Notes under the pieces: model-generated | The model's input: the letters and a program-made list of their open reading frames with translations, nothing else | What the model was told of the DNA's origin: nothing | Databases searched by the model: none | Position numbers and translations under genes: made by a program | Shown here: positions 61,556 through 64,000 of the stretch, piece after piece | Layout of the letters: the number at the start of each line of letters is the position of its first letter | How positions within the stretch are numbered: the stretch's first letter is position 1 | Assembly (NCBI GenBank): GCA_937928165.1 | Contig: CALFVT010000020.1 | Span: 1-64,000 of the forward strand | Length of the DNA: 64,000 bases | Source of the DNA: an uncultured Caulobacterales bacterium | Lineage (GTDB): Bacteria > Pseudomonadota > Alphaproteobacteria > Caulobacterales > Maricaulaceae | Direction: 5' to 3'

Positions 61556-62981
61556 AAACCCGCCGTGGCAAACTTACACTTACGCATAGCCCGCCGTCAC
61601 GGCCACTGCTTAGGTGCATATAGCCCTTATAAGCCCGCGCAAGATCATCAACAATGGCCAAACCAAAGCCAGTCCCCGGCGTGGTTTCATCCAATCTCGC
61701 TCCGCGTTTTATCGCCTCTTCATAATCTTTTTCGGCAATACCCGGGCCATTATCAATGACTATAACCTCTAACATAGTTTCATCATGCGGGGCATTACGA
61801 GCAGTAATCTCAACATAGCTTCGCGTCCATTTAAATGCATTATCAATGAGATTGCCGAGGATTTCGTCAAGGTCACGCTTTTCCCCACGAAACACCAAAC
61901 CCTTGGCGATATCAGTCTTCACATTCACATTTTTATCTCTGTAAATACGCGGCATAGTTCGGGCCAAGGCATCAACAATATCTTTAACAGGGGTCAGCGC
62001 ACCAATGGTTTGCCCGCGCGTAGCCGCCCTGGCTCTTTGTAAATGATGATCCACTTGTTTTTTCATACTGTCTGTTTGGCGGCGAACCATCGAAGAGCGT
62101 AATAATTTCTTTTGTTCCGCTTCATTTTGCAAAACAGCAATCGGCGTTTTAAGGGCATGGGCTAAATTGGAGACATGTGTGCGTGCACGTTGCACGACAT
62201 CCGAATTATGATCAATCAACCCGTTAAGCTCATTTGCAAGCGGGTATATCTCCGACGGGAAATTCCCTGATACGCGAACATCTCGCCCCTCTCGCACACT
62301 TACGACTTGTTTTCGTAGATCGAAAAGCGGTTTTAGGCCAATACGGACTTGCATAAACACTGCAAAAATAACGCCTAGAATTAAGATCGACATCAGGCCA
62401 ATCGCCAGAAAAGTAAAGCGCAATATCGCGCGGCTTGCGGGGCGGCTATCTGCTGCCGCTATCATGGCCAGCGGCGTATCATCAAGCCCCGGCAAAAAGG
62501 CCATGCGCGCCGCAAACCGAAGCGGTTCTTTGTCCGGTCCTATGGTTCTGGCCCGCAGAGTTACTCCGGGCGAATCGAATAATAAATCCGCATTTCGCGC
62601 TGTAATTTTTAAGCTTTCACCCGCCATAGACCGAGAAGCCCGCAAAGGAACAATCCGTCCATCTCTGTATATTTGGCCAATTAACCAATAACGCCCCGAT
62701 AAGGCTTGTTGATAGCGCGGGTCCAAGGGCTCCCGAGTAAGAGAGATAATCTCTCCCGTTCGTAAATCATCTAATTGAGAATCCGCAGAGGCAATCAAAG
62801 AGGTTACCGTTGCATCAAGCGGGTCATCAAATAAGGTTAAGGTAGAGCTGCGGTAAAACCACAAGATAATCATTGCCGCGATGAGAATAAACGGCACAGC
62901 CCAAAGAAAGGCACTTCGCACAAGGCGCATGACAAGAGATGTCTTGTCACGGGATAAAATATGGTTTTTCGATTCGTCCAT
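61548..62981 (-). CDS. Sensor histidine kinase (periplasmic sensor, HAMP, HisKA, HATPase)
   Basis: H-box LAHALKTPIA; HATPase motifs DNGPGIA and GTGFGLAI; two TM segments. Confidence 0.8.
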   Translation of the reverse strand: MDESKNHILSRDKTSLVMRLVRSAFLWAVPFILIAAMIILWFYRSSTLTLFDDPLDATVTSLIASADSQLDDLRTGEIISLTREPLDPRYQQALSGRYWLIGQIYRDGRIVPLRASRSMAGESLKITARNADLLFDSPGVTLRARTIGPDKEPLRFAARMAFLPGLDDTPLAMIAAADSRPASRAILRFTFLAIGLMSILILGVIFAVFMQVRIGLKPLFDLRKQVVSVREGRDVRVSGNFPSEIYPLANELNGLIDHNSDVVQRARTHVSNLAHALKTPIAVLQNEAEQKKLLRSSMVRRQTDSMKKQVDHHLQRARAATRGQTIGALTPVKDIVDALARTMPRIYRDKNVNVKTDIAKGLVFRGEKRDLDEILGNLIDNAFKWTRSYVEITARNAPHDETMLEVIVIDNGPGIAEKDYEEAIKRGARLDETTPGTGFGLAIVDDLARAYKGYMHLSSGRDGGLCVSVSLPRRVYE

Positions 62982-63006
62982 CTTGACGACAGGTTAAAGG
63001 GTTTAA

Positions 63007-63687
63007 TTACTCTTCGCTACTGCCTTGATCCGGGTCCATAAGGCGATATCCAAGGCCACGAACCGTCTCAATACGGTCAGTTCCAATTTTACGGCGAAGA
63101 CGCCCGACAAAGACCTCAATCGTATTGGAATCCCGGTCAAAGTCTTGATCATAAATATGTTCCACAAGTTCCGTACGGGAAATGACTCGCCCTTTATGCA
63201 CCGCCATATATGATAATAAACGAAACTCATGAGATGTTAGTTTGATAGGCATGCCATCAACAAAAGCTCGCGCCGCGCGATTATCAACATGCAGCGTGCC
63301 AATATCAATAGAATCGGTTGTATGGCCCGCAGCCCGGCGAACAAGCGCACGAAGCCGCGCCAGTAATTCTTCGGAGTGAAACGGCTTGGTGAGGTAATCA
63401 TCAGCCCCCGCATCGAAACCAGCAACTTTTTCGCTCCATTGGTCACGAGCGGTCAGAATAATTACCGGGAATTTACGGCCATCTGTCCGCCATTTTTGCA
63501 AAATACTAATACCGTCAATTTGGGGTAGACCTAAATCAAGCACAACAGCGTCATAAGGCTCCGTATCGCCAAGGAAATGACCTTCTTCGCCGTCATTAGC
63601 GATATCAACGGCATAGCCAACGTCTTTAAGGGATTCGGATAACTGACGGGATAGATCAACATCATCTTCGACGATTAAAATGCGCAT
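63007..63687 (-). CDS. OmpR-family DNA-binding response regulator
   Basis: Receiver plus winged-helix domains (VRGLGYRLM). Confidence 0.85.
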   Translation of the reverse strand: MRILIVEDDVDLSRQLSESLKDVGYAVDIANDGEEGHFLGDTEPYDAVVLDLGLPQIDGISILQKWRTDGRKFPVIILTARDQWSEKVAGFDAGADDYLTKPFHSEELLARLRALVRRAAGHTTDSIDIGTLHVDNRAARAFVDGMPIKLTSHEFRLLSYMAVHKGRVISRTELVEHIYDQDFDRDSNTIEVFVGRLRRKIGTDRIETVRGLGYRLMDPDQGSSEE

Positions 63688-63734
63688 AATGTCTCCAGAT
63701 AGGAATAGCCTAGGTAAAAGTTTACAGGGTTAAA

Positions 63735-64000
63735 CTATCTGACACGGCCTGTCGCGGCGTCAACATAAACATCTACAACTTGGCCATTTTTTTTCTGCAT
63801 GCGCACTTTATATTTTCCGCTTTTGATAGAAATATCAATAACCTCTGCGCCGCGAACTTTTTTACGGGCAATAGATTTAGCCTCGCTTGGTGATATTTTT
63901 CGCTGTGCAACACGTATATATTCTGCCTGATATTGCAGGTTTTCATATGCAATATCAACAGCATAGCTTGTATGACCATAAGCAGCAGGCGCAGAAAATA
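63735..64000 (-). CDS. PepSY-domain protein (5'-partial at window edge)
   Basis: Minus-strand frame translates to ...SEAKSIARKKVRGAEVIDISIKSGKYKVRMQKKNGQVVDVYVDAATGRV*, the PepSY pattern. Stop at 63735-63737. Confidence 0.55.
   Translation of the reverse strand, partial: FSAPAAYGHTSYAVDIAYENLQYQAEYIRVAQRKISPSEAKSIARKKVRGAEVIDISIKSGKYKVRMQKKNGQVVDVYVDAATGRVR

Overview
This 64-kb window looks like an alphaproteobacterial chromosome segment at roughly 50% GC. It is mostly core metabolism and housekeeping. Identified genes are sdhCDA and sdhB, a split metH plus metF and an ArsR-type methyltransferase regulator, ettA, uvrB, fumC, uvrD, prmA, pepP, cysS, folE, pepN and glnE, together with two OmpR-type two-component systems and degP. 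Several small accessory patches interrupt this core. (1) Three tandem paralogous lipoprotein outer-membrane-protein genes with long Gly/Tyr/Gln-rich linkers sit at the 5' end. (2) A low-GC islet between sdhB and metH carries a compact IS1595-family IS with perfect 17-bp inverted repeats and a toxin-antitoxin-like pair: a MerR-HTH::DUF433 fusion protein and a PIN-like DUF5615 protein. (3) Two abutting tRNA-like genes (Leu-UAG-like and Lys-CUU-like) have broken acceptor stems. (4) An operon encodes an HTH_26 (XRE-type) regulator, three paralogous small membrane proteins and a periplasmic TraB/GumN protein. (5) An ECF sigma factor and ChrR-type anti-sigma pair is present. (6) REP-like palindromic repeat clusters and a nested ~100-nt hairpin flank an AT-rich membrane-protein ORF. 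(7) A low-GC lipoprotein gene is translationally wedged between uvrD and prmA. (8) An ~870-bp ORF-free GC-normal region with repeat copies may encode an RNA. There is no CRISPR array and no rRNA. All calls rest on reading the supplied ORF translations and the raw sequence; no database searches were run.
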